63,264 nt of DNA, taken from assembly GCF_001194135.2 (NCBI RefSeq), contig NC_068997.1, positions 43,255,851 through 43,319,114 of the forward strand, in the 5' to 3' direction. A program made the position numbers and the translations under genes. Of the stretch, positions 11,793 to 26,670 are shown piece after piece. Origin of the DNA: Octopus bimaculoides (lineage: Eukaryota). Under the pieces are notes generated by a model. That model did no database searches. It was not told where the DNA came from and was given only the letters and a program-made list of their open reading frames with translations. Numbering within the stretch: the stretch's first letter is position 1; every line of letters begins with the position of its first letter.

Positions 11793-14700
11793 CTAGACAA
11801 AAAAATAAAAATATAATAATTAGTAAAATAAAATAAAAACATAATGCTAATTACTTACATTGACATAAGGCCACACATTTGTAAGGGAAGGGTATAGTAA
11901 TTTGAATTGGCCTTAGTACAAATAAAACCAGTACTTTGTTCATCGACTTCATGGGGCAGAAAGATAAAATCAATATCAGAGGGAATTAACTCAAAACCAA
12001 ATACTGGAACATAGTGTTTAAGTGGGTTAGCTATTTAACCAACATTAAATACTGATTTCTAAAAAAAGCATAAGTCCTTGAATGTTGGGGATGAGCACAG
12101 TTGATTCAATTAACCCCTAATATTTGACTGGAACTTCATTTTATCAACCTGGAAAAAGCTGGAAAGCAAATCTGATCTCAGCAAGATTTGAACCCAGAAT
12201 ATAAAACGCTGAAAGAAAATACTATTATTTCTGTAATGATTTTACTAATAATGACTATTGTTCCAAGGTAATGTCTACATTTCCAGAAGCACTTCAAAGA
12301 AGACAAAGAGCAAAAAAGAAAAAAAATCAAATGGCAAGGGAAAAAAATAAGAAACTTCAAGGCATTTATAGACTAAATGCAAAATATTTAAAAAAAAACA
12401 ATAAATCGTCATATACACAGGGTAAACAGCAAGAATGGCTTGTATTTTTATTTATATGTTCCAGCAGATTTGAACATGAATCTGCTTACCACTGTTGTTT
12501 CATCACAGAACAACTTTTTTACAATGAAAGTATATTCATAATACACTCGATTCCTTAGTGCAAGAGATTGGGACTAATGGTGTCTTGACATCATTGTCTG
12601 ATCAGTCAAAGGCACTCCAGACAAATGATTCTAACAAAAGTTCAAGGCCCTTGTTTATAATTTCAGTAAACTGTTTGCTAATATGTGCTTACCTGCAAAT
12701 AATGACTGAAATCCTTGACTCCTGTAAAGCTGTTTTATCAAAGACCATGTAGATGAAGACATATTAGTTTCAGGACCTAGAACAAGAGACAAAATGGATA
12801 GCTTTAGAAAATATAGAAACAACACCAATCATCATCATCATCATCGTTTAACGTCCGCTTTCCATGCTGGCATGGGTTGGACAGTTTAACTGAGAACTGG
12901 TGAGCCAGAGGCTGCGCCAGGCTCAATCTGACCTGGCAAAGTTTCTTCAGCTGGATGCCCTTTTTGATGCCAACCACTCCAAGAGTGTAGTGGGTGCTTT
13001 TACGAGGGCCAGTCAGGTGGTTCTGGCAACAACCACGCTCGAAAGGTGTTTTTTACGTGCTACCTGCATGGGAGCCAGTCCGGCAGCACTGGCAAGGATC
13101 ACACTCGAATGTTGTTTTTCACGTGCCACTAGCACATGTGCCAGTAAGGTGACGCTAAAGTCTGAAATATGAAACAACAGATTTGGTTAATGGTCATCAG
13201 TTTCGTCTGCCGTTACGTTCTGAGTTCAAATTCTGCCAAGGTCGACTTTGCCTTTCATCCTTTCGGGATCAATAAATTAAGTACCAGTTACGCACTGGAG
13301 TCAATGTAATCAACTTAATCCCTTTGTCTGTCCTTGTTTGTCCCCTCTATATTTAGCCCCTTGCGGGCAATAAAGAAATAAGAATCATTGGCACACGGGG
13401 AAGAATGCTTAGCAGCATTTCATTTGTCTTCACGTTCTAAGTTCAAATTCCATCAAGGTCAACTTTCCCTTTCATCCTTTTGGGAGTCGATAAATTAAGT
13501 ACCAGTCGAGCATTGGGACCAATGTTATCTACTTACTCCCTCCCCCAAAAGTGCTGATCTTGTGTCAAGATTTGAAATCAATAATCTTATACTTAAGGCA
13601 GTAAATTAGCTGAATCGTTATTATGCCAGGTAAAATGCTTAGCGGCATTTCATCCATCTTTACATTCTGGGTTCAAATTTCACAAAGGTCGACTTTGCTT
13701 TTCATCCATTTGGGAGTCAATAAATTAAATACTAGTCGAGCACTGGGATCGATGTAACTGACTTATTACCTCCCACCAAAAAATTTCAGGCCTTGTGTCT
13801 ATAATAGAAAGGATTATTATGTAGGTGGTTGCATAATCATGGCATTTTGGGTAACTGTATCCTGCTACAGACTTGGATTAACCAATGCTTTGTAGATAGA
13901 ACTGATGGATAGAAACTGTGCAGAAGCTCATCCTATTATGTGTGTGTGTGTATGTGTGTGCATATGTTTTTGTCTATGTCCTATAACTTAGTAGTTAAGC
14001 AAACAGATTTCGATAAGTAAAAGGATAAAAAGGACGTGGTGGCACATGATTTAGCAGACGGAGCATTGGACTCATGATCATAAGATTGTGGTTTCGATTC
14101 CTGGACCGGGCGACGCGTTGTGTTCTTTAACAAAACACTTCATTTCATGTTGCTCCAGTCCACTCAGCTGGCAAAAATGAGTAATCCTGCAGCAGACCAG
14201 GGTCCAATCCATGTGGGGAATGTATACGCTACAGAAACCAGGAAACCGGTCCTATGAATCGATATGACTTAGGAAGGATCACTCAAAAATAAGTATTAGA
14301 GTCAATATTATTGACTAAGATCCCTTCAAGATAGTACCTCAGAAATGTGGTAATCTAAAGACTGAAATGAGTAAAAAGAATAAAAGAATAATCCTTAAAT
14401 ATTTTAGATCTTATTTTTTTTTTTTTGCAGTTCAATGACATTAGTATTAACCTGTGATAGCCACAGACTGACATAGTTATTAGAGCAGTTATGATGTGCC
14501 ATAGAGCTATGTCTACAACTCTGACTGTACCATTTACTTTAGCTGAATGACAAAAAGTAAAACTGATTCCACTCTTCAAAGCTGAATGATTAACACGAGG
14601 GAAGACATCCAGCTGTAAAAACAATTGAGACAAAGAGCTCATGAGATAAAAATGTAAACTTCTTAACCACAGCTATAACAGCAGCCATACTTTACTTACA

Positions 14701-15489
14701 CAAAAAATGAAATCTAAAATAAATCATATTAATATAATAACACTATGATTATAGTTGCCATTCCTTCCGTGTAAAGTGAGCTGTATGTAGCCCTCAATAT
14801 AGGTCTATAGTCCAAGTTGCCCTATACTTACATATTTCTTAACCCTGTACCCGAAATAATTAAAACAAACTTACATCCAGGAAAGTGTAGACCAAAAGTG
14901 ATTTGCCGATGTGTTTTGATGACATCAAATGGCAGCGTACAGATAGCAGCAATCTGAAAAACAGATACATTCATGTTTAATTTAATGTCACTGATTTCAC
15001 AAACATTTATCTCAAATAGTATAATGAATATAAAAATAAGAAATACACATTCACACAGGTCATACACACACACACACACACACACATATATATCAGTGGG
15101 TGAAGGGAATAGAATAGGTAGTTACATACTACATATGTTTCAAAAAACACACCAACCATATATTATGTAACCTTAAAGTTCTATGCAGAGTCCAGTGTTC
15201 CTTCTATTCGAGTACTTTTCTACCTGTCTCTTAAAGGTCAACTGTCATAATGAATTCACCAAGAGAAACAGAAAAATCTTCTACATTTTGACAGTCAAGT
15301 GGGGAGTGGAAGTAATATTTTGTCAAGTAATCAATTATTTACTTCCTCTGCTGACAAATTCCAGTGAGCTAGAAAGAGTGTGCATAAACAAAACATACAC
15401 ACAAACATACATATGTATATACACATAAATATACATATACGTGTGTGTGTAGATAGATAGATATAGATACACACACACATATACGCTTA

Positions 15490-15550
<61 letters not shown>

Positions 15551-15774
15551 GCACTCCGTCGGTTACAATGACAAGGGTTCCAATTGATCCGATCAACGGA
15601 ACAGCCTGCTTGTGAAATTAATGTACAAGTGGCTGAGCACTCCACAGACACGTGTACCCTGAATGTAGTTCTCAGGAAGATTCAGTGTGACACAGAGTAT
15701 GACAAGGCTGGCCCTTTCGCGAATCTATGACCATGAGTCTGCTGCCCTAATCACTGGGCCATTGCACCTCCGCC

Positions 15775-15810
<36 letters not shown>

Positions 15811-17727
15811 TACAAGTACATATTTACACACATTTATACACTGGCAGTGCCCCAGCATGGCCACAGCAATAGAGCTGAAACATATAAAAGAATACATAGG
15901 CACATATGCATACTAGCAAAAAATAGTAATACACACACATAAGTATGTATGCATGCATTCACTTGGATATGCACAAAAAAATATGAATGCATGCATAAAA
16001 AAAATCATACATACTTAAACCATAAACTTGAGTATCATCATCATCATCATCATCGTTAACGTCCGCTTTCCATGCTAGCATGGGTTGGACGATTTGACTG
16101 AGGACTGGTGAAACCGGATGGCAACACCAGGCTCCAGTCTAATTTGGCAGAGTTTCTACAGCTGGATGCCCTTCCTAACGCCAACCACTCAGAGAGTGTA
16201 GTGGGTGCTTTTACGTGTCACCCGCACGAAAACGGCCACACTCGAAATGGTGTCTTTTATGTGCCACCCGCACAAGAGCCAGTCCAGGGGCACTGGCAAC
16301 GATCTCGCTCGAAAATCCTACGGGAGCCAGTCAGGCGGTACTGGCAACGGCCACGCTCAAAATGGTGCATCTCATGTGCCACCCGCACAAGAACCAGTCC
16401 AGGGGCACTGGCAACGATCTTACTTGGCTTGCCGGGTCTTCTCACGCACAGCACATTTCCAAAGGTCTCGGTCAGTACACATATATTCATGCACACATGT
16501 ATTAATAAATATATATGTTCACACCAACCATAAATGATCATATCTAAGTGCTTAACCACATAAAAGTATGAACAAATACACACATAGGTCCATATATGTA
16601 TATACATACATGGACATATACACATATACACATGCACCTAAACACACACACAAATAAATACACATGCATACATATAAATTAACATCAACATGCACAGAAG
16701 CATGCATCAGTTAATATTTAAATTAACAATAGTCACACTTGATTACTGGAAATGGGTAAAAAGTTGCAAGACAAGTAGATACACTTTACTGATTAGTTAT
16801 CATTTACTCTGTGTTACTTATACAAGCCTTGTTTATGTTTGAGTCTAAACAACTGTCTGTATCACAACCATTTTGAATTTTTTGGATCCAACTACTTTAT
16901 TATATATATATAATAATGGTCCTAAGATGGTAGAAAGATAAAGTATTTCCAATGCAGCATTCATCCTGAGCTTTAGGTTGGATTCCAGACTAATATCAAA
17001 ATTCTTCAAGTGTAGAAAATCCAGCTTTCACAATGGTAAAACCATTTCATGAGTTTATTGAAGAGTAAAATATAATCCAAATAAGAAGATAAAGAAAGAC
17101 TAACACATTATCGATGATGTATTCAAGTATTTTCTTGTCTTATCTGGATTATAGCATTTGTTCATTTTGTGTCTGTTTTTTCTCCATGAAACCATGGATT
17201 AGATGAAAACTTTATAATTATAATTGAAATTGTATTTTACAGCTGGATGCCCTTCCAGTGGCAAACTGGTATCTGATTCTTAAGTAAAGGTGAAAAAGGG
17301 AAGGTAATTAACAGGTATATAAGGAGGGGGTCAAGAGTGCAAAAAGGTAGCAGCAAATATTGGCTTGACAGGATACAAATATAACATTTACATACTCGAG
17401 CGAGATCATTGCCAGTGCCCCTAGACTGGCTCTTGTGCAGGTGGCACATAAAATACACCATTTTGAGTGTGGCCGTTGCCAGCACCGCCTGACTGGCCTT
17501 CGTGCCGGTGGCACGTAAAAGCACCCACTACACTCTCTGAGTGGTTGGCGTTAGGAAGGGCATCCAGCTGTAGAAACTCTGCCAAATCAGATTGGAGCCT
17601 GGTGTAGCCATCTGGTTTCACCAGTCCTCAGTCAAATCGTCCAACCCATGCTAGCATGGAAAGCGGACGTTAAATGACGATGATGACAATGATGATATAT
17701 ATATAATATATAATATTATATAATATA

Positions 17728-17767
<40 letters not shown>

Positions 17768-17931
17768 NNNNNNNNNNNNNNNNNNNNNNNNNNNNNNNNN
17801 NNNNNNNNNNNNNNNNNNNNNNNNNNNNNNNNNNNNNNNNNNNNNNNNNNNNNNNNNNNNNNNNNNNNNNNNNNNNNNNNNNNNNNNNNNNNNNNNNNNN
17901 NNNNNNNNNNNNNNNNNNNNNNNNNNNNNNN

Positions 17932-17995
<64 letters not shown>

Positions 17996-19019
17996 CAAAT
18001 ACAAATAACAAAAAAAAGCAGCCATGTGACCCAAGCAAGATTGATCAAGCATTCTACTGACCACCAGTAACCACTCAAGTCATGCCTGTGCTTACTCAAG
18101 CTATACTCACACACATAAACCACATTGAAATTTCACTTCTACTCATGATAAAGTGAATTAGCTTAAAACAAGAGTTGAAGACAATTCATGCAACTCTGTA
18201 GATCACCAGGAGTATATTTATAAGGTACATGTGAAACCTTCCAGACATCAAGTTCCACATGGGATGTCAACATGCTTGATTATTCATAATTCAAATACCA
18301 AAATAATGTTTATAACAATGTATAAGAGTCAGTCATACTTACAGAGCCAGCAGTGGCTCCTGATATTAAAGTTTCGTGAAATTCAATATCAGTGGACATA
18401 TTTTTCATCAGAATTCTTGCCTTGATTGCTTCATAACCAAACCAGTATATACCTGAAACGATTAGACAAGATATCAACTTTAACGTCACTGATGCTATAA
18501 AAAGAAAAGTACAACACATATCAATTCAGAATTCAATCTCCTTCGAAATAGTCCCCTTTTGAAGCCAGACTTTATCCAACATCGTTTCCATTGGTGGAAG
18601 CATTCCTGGAACCCCTTTCTTGGGATAGCAATCAGCCACCTCGTTACATTCTCTTGGCTTTCCTTGAAGTCTTGAAATTTTGTTCCTTTTAAGTGGGATT
18701 TGATTTTTGCCTTGGTTTCGGGGTCATAGCAATAGACCCATGATTCGTCACCTGTTATGACAATTTTCAAAATGTTTTCATCTTCCTCAATGCAATCAAG
18801 GAGATCCTGTACAAATGACACCTGATCTTTTTTGAGACAACTACACTCTACACACTTTACTTCCAAGCACTGCCATAAACAAGGGAAGTGAGCAGGACTG
18901 TTATAACTTAGTGTGTGCATGTGCAACTGAGTTCAAGATCAGCCTGTGCCAAGCAGTTTCACACTGTGTACTTTAGCTCTCTTACCATAGCTACAGCCCC
19001 AATACTTTTTCAATCAGAC

Positions 19020-19065
<46 letters not shown>

Positions 19066-22000
19066 NNNNNNNNNNNNNNNNNNNNNNNNNNNNNNNNNNN
19101 NNNNNNNNNNNNNNNNNNNNNNNNNNNNNNNNNNNNNNNNNNNNNNNNNNNNNNNNNNNNNNNNNNNNNNNNNNNNNNNNNNNNNNNNNNNNNNNNNNNN
19201 NNNNNNNNNNNNNNNNNNNNNNNNNNNNNNNNNNNNNNNNNNNNNNNNNNNNNNNNNNNNNNNNNNNNNNNNNNNNNNNNNNNNNNNNNNNNNNNNNNNN
19301 NNNNNNNNNNNNNNNNNNNNNNNNNNNNNNNNNNNNNNNNNNNNNNNNNNNNNNNNNNNNNNNNNNNNNNNNNNNNNNNNNNNNNNNNNNNNNNNNNNNN
19401 NNNNNNNNNNNNNNNNNNNNNNNNNNNNNNNNNNNNNNNNNNNNNNNNNNNNNNNNNNNNNNNNNNNNNNNNNNNNNNNNNNNNNNNNNNNNNNNNNNNN
19501 NNNNNNNNNNNNNNNNNNNNNNNNNNNNNNNNNNNNNNNNNNNGGTCAGTTGAACCTTAAACAATGTGGTTGGGAAGCAAACTTCCTAACCACACAGCCA
19601 AACCAATTTTTTTTTTACATCAAACATACTCTTCACTCTTTGACAATCTGAAACAGACTACTAAATATTTATTTATCTACATACTGATAATTTAGCCAGC
19701 ATAGAGTAAAAAAGTAATAAGAAGAGAATGTGTGAGTTCAATGAGAAATTTAAAAAAAGAAAACCAAACTAACCTGAAAAAGGAACATCTCTGAATAATG
19801 TGGGCCCTAGACCTCGCCATAAGGATGCAAGACCTCTTTGAGAAACTTCATTTTTGATAAACCCTCCAATCATAGAATAACTGAAATTCGAAGACTGGAG
19901 TTGGGTTCGTACTAGTTCCAAAGGACTTATCACAGTTGCAGCCCAAACTGAGAAGAAGAAAGACAAAACCATTAGTATAATTATAGTAGAGGGAGTAGTG
20001 GTGGAGTTGGTAATGGTGTTGGATTATACTTTCAGTAGTATCAAGTGGTGTTAGTAATGTTGGTGGTGATATGGGAGGAGGAGGAAAAGGTGAAGAAGAA
20101 GAAATTAATAAGGTTTTCATTTTGCTTACCTCTGGCAACCATTCCAGCAACCATAGGTTTCCAGAGATCATTATGGTCCCAGGGTTTGTGTTTTAAAAAT
20201 GACTTTAGCTGTTCATAAGATGTGAAGTATATAACTGTAGCAGGTACAGCCATCACTCTGGAAGCATGAATAACAGGAACAACATCAATAGTGAACTTTA
20301 AAGATGATGGAACAAGGGTATTGAACAAATGACTAAATGTGAGAGTGAAAGGGTGAGTGAGATAGAGTAAAAGAATGAAAGTGAGGATGAGAGTGAGTGA
20401 CTGAAACTGAGAAAGAGAGAGAGAGAGAGAGAAGTGAATGAATGAAGCTATAAAAGATTGAAAGCAAGATTGTAAGAGAAAATAAGTGAGTGTGAATGAG
20501 TGACTGAGTACAAGTGTGAGCATGAGTGTGATTAAGAGTAAGTTAGCATAAATAAGTTGAAAAAGTGAGTGGAATTACGAGGTAGATGAGGTTACATGAA
20601 ATATAGCGTACCTGCTATGTGGTAATAAATCAAAGCGAGAAGAGTAAAGTGAAATGGTTTACATGTATGAAGACTGATTTGGTACGGCTGGACAGAGAAG
20701 CTACAACGAAGGCGGGGGCTCGCAACGAGGTTGGGGGGGNNNNNNNNNNNNNNNNNNNNNNNNNNNNNNAGGGGGGCTCGCAGCGAGGGCAGGGGGGGCC
20801 TCGCAGCGAGGGCAGGGGGGCTCGCAGCAAAGGCAGGGGCCTCACAGCGAAGGCAGAGGCCTCGTAGCGAAGGCAGAGGCCTCACAGTGAAGGTAGGAGA
20901 ATTGTAGTGATGAACAGATGATTTTTGCCAACCAGGTAAGTAATCTTTTGGTTGTGATCTCAGATATTTATGTCTGTATGAGAAACTCAAGCAGTCCAGA
21001 TTAAATACTTGACAAAGACATGCTACTGAATCTCAAAAGAAACTCCAAACCCACAGCATGAACATGTAATAACTGGCCACTGTAAGTTCTTTAGTGACAG
21101 ATGCAAGCTGAAATTCATTAGAAATCACAAGGGAAAGCAGATCTCGGTATTAGATGTGAATTAACAGCAGGGAAGAGAAGTGAAGAATCCAGAATTATGG
21201 GTGAGATAGATGAAGAAAGGGAAATGCTGATGAGGCAATAAGCAAAAACAATACTTACAGAGTTGGGGGAAGACCACTCCATAGAGAACGGAGTCCTTCT
21301 GTACGTGTTATTTTGATGAAGGCATCCTAGAAGAAAATTTACAAATAATTTCTAAGCAGTCTGGTATTAAGTTACATGGCTTCATATTTCTGATATGAAA
21401 TGAAAAAATACCAGACAGGAACAAATGTAACATAATCAAAATAAGAATTTTTTTTTTTTTTTGATTTTTGTCTTGCAAGGTACTTGGTGACCCTGTCAAT
21501 GCAGGTGCCACTTAAAAGCACTTGGTCCACACTGTAAAGTGGTTGGTGTTCGGAAGGGCATCCAGCTGTAAAAACCCTGCCAAAACATTCACAGAAGTCT
21601 GGTGCAGGCTTCTACCTGGCCAGCTCTTGTGAAACCATCCCACCCATTCTAGCATGGAAGGCAGACGTTAAACGATGATGATGATGAACCATTGATTTAA
21701 GATCAATATAAGACTAAATGAGTCTGTATTACAGTATCTCTCCATTTATCTAAGACTTGTGTTATCTGTGGGTTCTTATGTTCTAAACAATTTCTTCCTT
21801 AATCTTCCTTGGTCATCTTCTTCAGTTAGTATCTTCTACCATCAATTTACAGCACTTTTTCTCTCAGCAAGTAGAGACATAAGCATGGCTGTGCAGTTAG
21901 GAATTTAGCTTTGAAACCACACAGTGTAAGGTTCAATTCCAATATGTGGCACGTTAGACAATTGTCTTCTACTGTAGCTCCAGATAGACCTTGTGATTGA

Positions 22001-22074
22001 AAATGTGTGTGTGTTGTGCAATTAGACTGAAGCCAAAGCCATATGGTTGAATAGCAAACTTCTAAAACACAGAG

Positions 22075-22115
<41 letters not shown>

Positions 22116-25100
22116 CACACACACATACCTACATCGTCATCATTGTTTAATGTCCGCTTTCCATGCTAGCATGGGTTGGACAATTTGACTGAGGACTGGT
22201 GATCCAGATGGCTGCACCAGGCTCCAGTCTGATTTGGCAGAGTTTCTACAGCTGGATACCCTTCCTAACGCCAACCACTCAGAGAGTGTAGTGGGTGCTT
22301 TTACGTGCCACTGGCACGAAGGCCAGTCAGGCGGTACTGGCAACGGCCACACTCAAAATGGTGTATTTTATGTGCCACCCGCACAAGAGCCAGTCCAGGG
22401 GCACTGACATATATATATACAACAGACAGACACACATACATATAGAGATAGAGAGATAAGAAATGAATGGGGTAATAGCAAAGCAATTCATCCAAGAGGG
22501 CAGTGACTTTTGTATAAAAAAACACAAATCAATAAAAAGCTCCCAGTACATATAAAAAAAGGTTGACAATAACAAGGGGATCCAAAAATAAAACTTAAGT
22601 CAAAAATAACACTATGACATATACAACAATAAAGTTTGGCCATTTTCATTATGGACCGTAGTATATGGTAAGGCACAGAACTGGTCCAACTCATACCAGG
22701 ACGGAAAAAAAACCCCCCAGATATCATGATGATGATGATGAAGCTGAAGATGGAAATGAGAAATCTTAACTTACTATTGTTCCAGAAAAATGTCCTGGTT
22801 TGGAGAACCATGGCAGTGGTTTACCATTAGTTCCATTGGTACACGTACACATGTGCTCCATGAGTCCGTTGCAGTATATGAATTGTTGCCCTCGGTTCAA
22901 GGGTTGTCTTTGACTCTGTAACCGAATTTTTACAACATCTAGTGGTGTCACTGGAAATAAAGACGGAAACAGTAAGACAAAAATTTGATATGTCTGCAAG
23001 AAATACAGGGAGCAAGACAGAGAGCTAAAGATTCAGGGAACTTGGTATCATGTCTTTTTGACTATGACTCTCTCTCTCTCTCTCTCTTGTTGTTGTTGAT
23101 TAGCTCCTGGTCAGTCCTGACCCAACAGCCCTATGATCAAAAATGTTACAGCCACAAAAATCAGGTTTGTTTTCAACCCTTTAGCATTTAAACCAGCCAT
23201 ATCCAGCCAAAATATTCTACTTGTTCAAACTGGCCAGATCTGGCCCTTCACACCTATCCTACAATATCATTCTAAACATTAACAGTTACCTCATAAAAAT
23301 CTGACAACTAACAGACAATACAGGATTAATTCAAAACAATATGAATAAATAAGCAACACATTTAACAGAGTAATTTGAATGTTAAAGGGTTAAACATAGC
23401 GTATGTAAAACTATAATTAACCAAGAGTCTATACTATATTTTTAGATGGCAAGGTGAGGTTTGAGGGAGATTTGAATGCTATTTCTAGAAGATCAAATGA
23501 TCGCATTGAAACTCCCTGTTTGACAACTGCCAGTATGTCTCAGTAAATAGTGAGTGTACTTATGTCTGTCAGTGGCTAGATAGCTACTTAAAACAGTCAG
23601 TAAAAGCGTGGTACATATTAATGAACTATCCTCAATTCCAAGTGACAGACATAATGTGTATGTATATGTATACATGTGTATATGTATAGAACAACTCTAT
23701 ACAATCCATATATCTTTGACCCATTGATGAAAATACACCACTACCTGGAAAATTTTAAAACTATTTTCATATTAATGTTTGTAATTCCATGTGTATATCT
23801 TTTTGATTACCTCCTTATTATGACTCTATATAATGTATAGAACAATCTGTGTGACATATTGATAGATGTATTAAGATATGTGGATGGGTGGAGAGAGACT
23901 TCCAGCTTCGCCTTACTGGTACTTGTGCCGGTGGCATGTGAACAAAACATTGGAGTGACTCCTGTGCAGGTGGCACATAAAAAACACCATTTCAGCGTGG
24001 CCATTGCCAGTACCGGTGGCATGTAAAAAGCATCCACTACACTCTCGGAGTAGTTGGCATTAGGAAGGGCATCCAGCTGTAGAAACTCTGCCAGATCAGA
24101 TTGGAGTCTGGTGTAGCCATCCGCTTCGCCAGTCCCTAGTCAAACCGTCCAACCCATGCTAGCAATGGAAAGCGGACGTTAAACAATGATGATGATATAC
24201 ATGATGGACTCTCCCATCGAAGACAACATATGAGTGTTCAGCTTTTTTTTTTCTTTTGCCAAACAACCTACATAAATGATTTGTTTATAGTGATCGAAAG
24301 TATGTGCCATACATAAGCTCACTCCCTCCATTAAATTGACATCCTTGAACAGGTGCACAATGTACCATGCATCAGATGTCGAAGTGATCACAGAGCAACA
24401 AGAGATAAAGTATCTTACTCAAGAACACAATGCACTACTTATTCTAGGAATTGAAACCAGGATCTTGTAATCATGAGTGCAACACCATAACCACTAGACC
24501 ACGTGTCCTCACTTCCTCTCACACACACATCACATGACCAACCAGACTATCAGATGTTACACATCACTGGTCACAATACACCTTGCATTGTTTTAACCTT
24601 CAAATAATGCCACCCTCTGGCTGGGCAAGCAGGCCAACATTCTCCCTTGATCAAAAGCAATGTGAAATGAAGTGTTTTGCTCAAGAACACAACATGCCAC
24701 CCAGTCTAGGGATCGAACCCACAATCTCATGATCTTGAGTGCAACACCCTGACTAGTCCACACACTTTCGCATATATATACATACACACATACATATTTG
24801 TGCACATAGATACACAAATATAAATATACACAAAGGTGTATATATATATAAACATATTTGCCAGTACCTCCTGACTGGCCTTCGTGCCGGTGGCACGTAA
24901 AAGCACCCACTACACTCTTGGAGTGGTTGGCATTAGGAAAGGCATCCAGCTGTAGAAACTCTGCCAAATCAGATTGGAGCCTGGTGTAGCCATCTGGTTC
25001 ACCAGTCCTCAGTCAAATCGTCCAACCCATGCTAGCATGGAAAGCGGACGTTAAACAATGATGATGATGATACATTACAATATTATTTAAGGCAGCGAGC

Positions 25101-26611
25101 TGGCAGAGTCATTAGCATGCCGGGCAAAATGCTTAGCGGTATTTCGTCTGTCTTCATGTTCTGAGTTCAAGTTCCGCCGAGGTCGACTTTGCTTTTCATC
25201 CTTTCGGTGTCGATAAATTAAGTACCAGTTATGCACTGGGGTCGATGTGATCGACTAATCCCCCTCCCCCACAATTTCAGGCCTTGTGCCTATAGTAGAA
25301 ATGATTATTTAAAATAGTTTGAGTTGACTCCATGCAACGAGGTTTCTGTAAGAATCCTGTGAAACCTAAAGTCGCAAAAAGACAAATCAAACCTGTTTTA
25401 ACTCATAATATATGTCATTCCTACTAAATGTGTTGAGTGCCTTTTTATTTTATTAGTTCACTCATAAAAACATATACATTTACATACATATTTACATTTA
25501 ATACATACATGCACGCACACACACACACACACACAAAAAAAAATATACACACATATGATGGCTGCCCCCTCGTTATCGAGTATGGCCATTGCACGAAGCT
25601 TAACTTAACGGTGCTGTGATCGAATGTGACTTTTTAGCCCAGCCGAAGATCTACAATGTCTTGCACAGAGTTGGCATCCAAAACCTTTACTGGCAATAGC
25701 TGGCTGTTGTTGTAATTGGGCTCCATGTACCTTTGCGTGTCGTTTAAGTCCTCCTGCTGAATCACATTCCCTTCCACATGCCCGACAGACATGATTAGTA
25801 TGGTGTGTAGCATCGTCACCAGCGGCCTGGTGGTCAATCNNNNNNNNNNNNNNNNNNNNNNNNNNNNNNNNNNNNNNNNNNNNNNNNNNNNNNNNNNNNN
25901 NNNNNNNNNNNNNNNNNNNNNNNNNNNNNNNNNNNNNNNNNNNNNNNNNCCAGACACTGCATGTCAGTGTCATAGGAAGACCCTTACCATCTGGAAGTGC
26001 AACAACAATGCCCTTCCTGACATCCCTCCTTAATTTCTCATGTGTAATTATACACACATATACATAAACACACATAAATCAATATAAACACATTAATACA
26101 CCACACCCATTCATATGTATATTAATACAGATATGAAGAGAGGTGTGTGTGTATATACAAATATCAGTAAAGTATATGCAGATTCCATTTAAACTCAATA
26201 CCAACACAGACCCTAACATTAATCACTTCTTCGAGAATTCTAGAAAAGCTGCATGTTGTTGGTTCATATAACAATAATGTGAGACCAAGTAACAACTTGT
26301 TCCTCAGGGTTCCAAAGAATTCTCTACTGATTCCAAAGGAGGATGTACCACCCATAATAATAATTATGATAATAATAATAATCTTTTCTACTATTGGCAC
26401 TAGGCCAGAAATTTTGGGGAAATGGATTAGTTGATTACACCGAGGCCAGTGCTTGACTTGTACTTAATTTATCAACCCTGAAAGAATGAAAGACAAAGCT
26501 GACCTTACCAGATTTTGAACTCAGAACATAAAGGCAGGTGAAATGCCACTAAGCATTTTGTCTGACATGTTAATGATTCTGCCAATTTGCCACCTTAGCA
26601 ACCATAATAAC

Positions 26612-26670
<59 letters not shown>

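Noticed and set aside
14832-14844. Possible 13-nt microexon (tacag|GGTTAAGAAATAT|gtaagt) after SLC25A40 exon 7
   Set aside because: The upstream intron would be only ~30 nt and inclusion shifts the frame.
16108-16533. Recurrent ORFs containing [23 protein letters not shown] (also at 5632, 12900, 17421, 22140 and 24593)
   Set aside because: These are translations of the family A repeat in either orientation, not a gene family.
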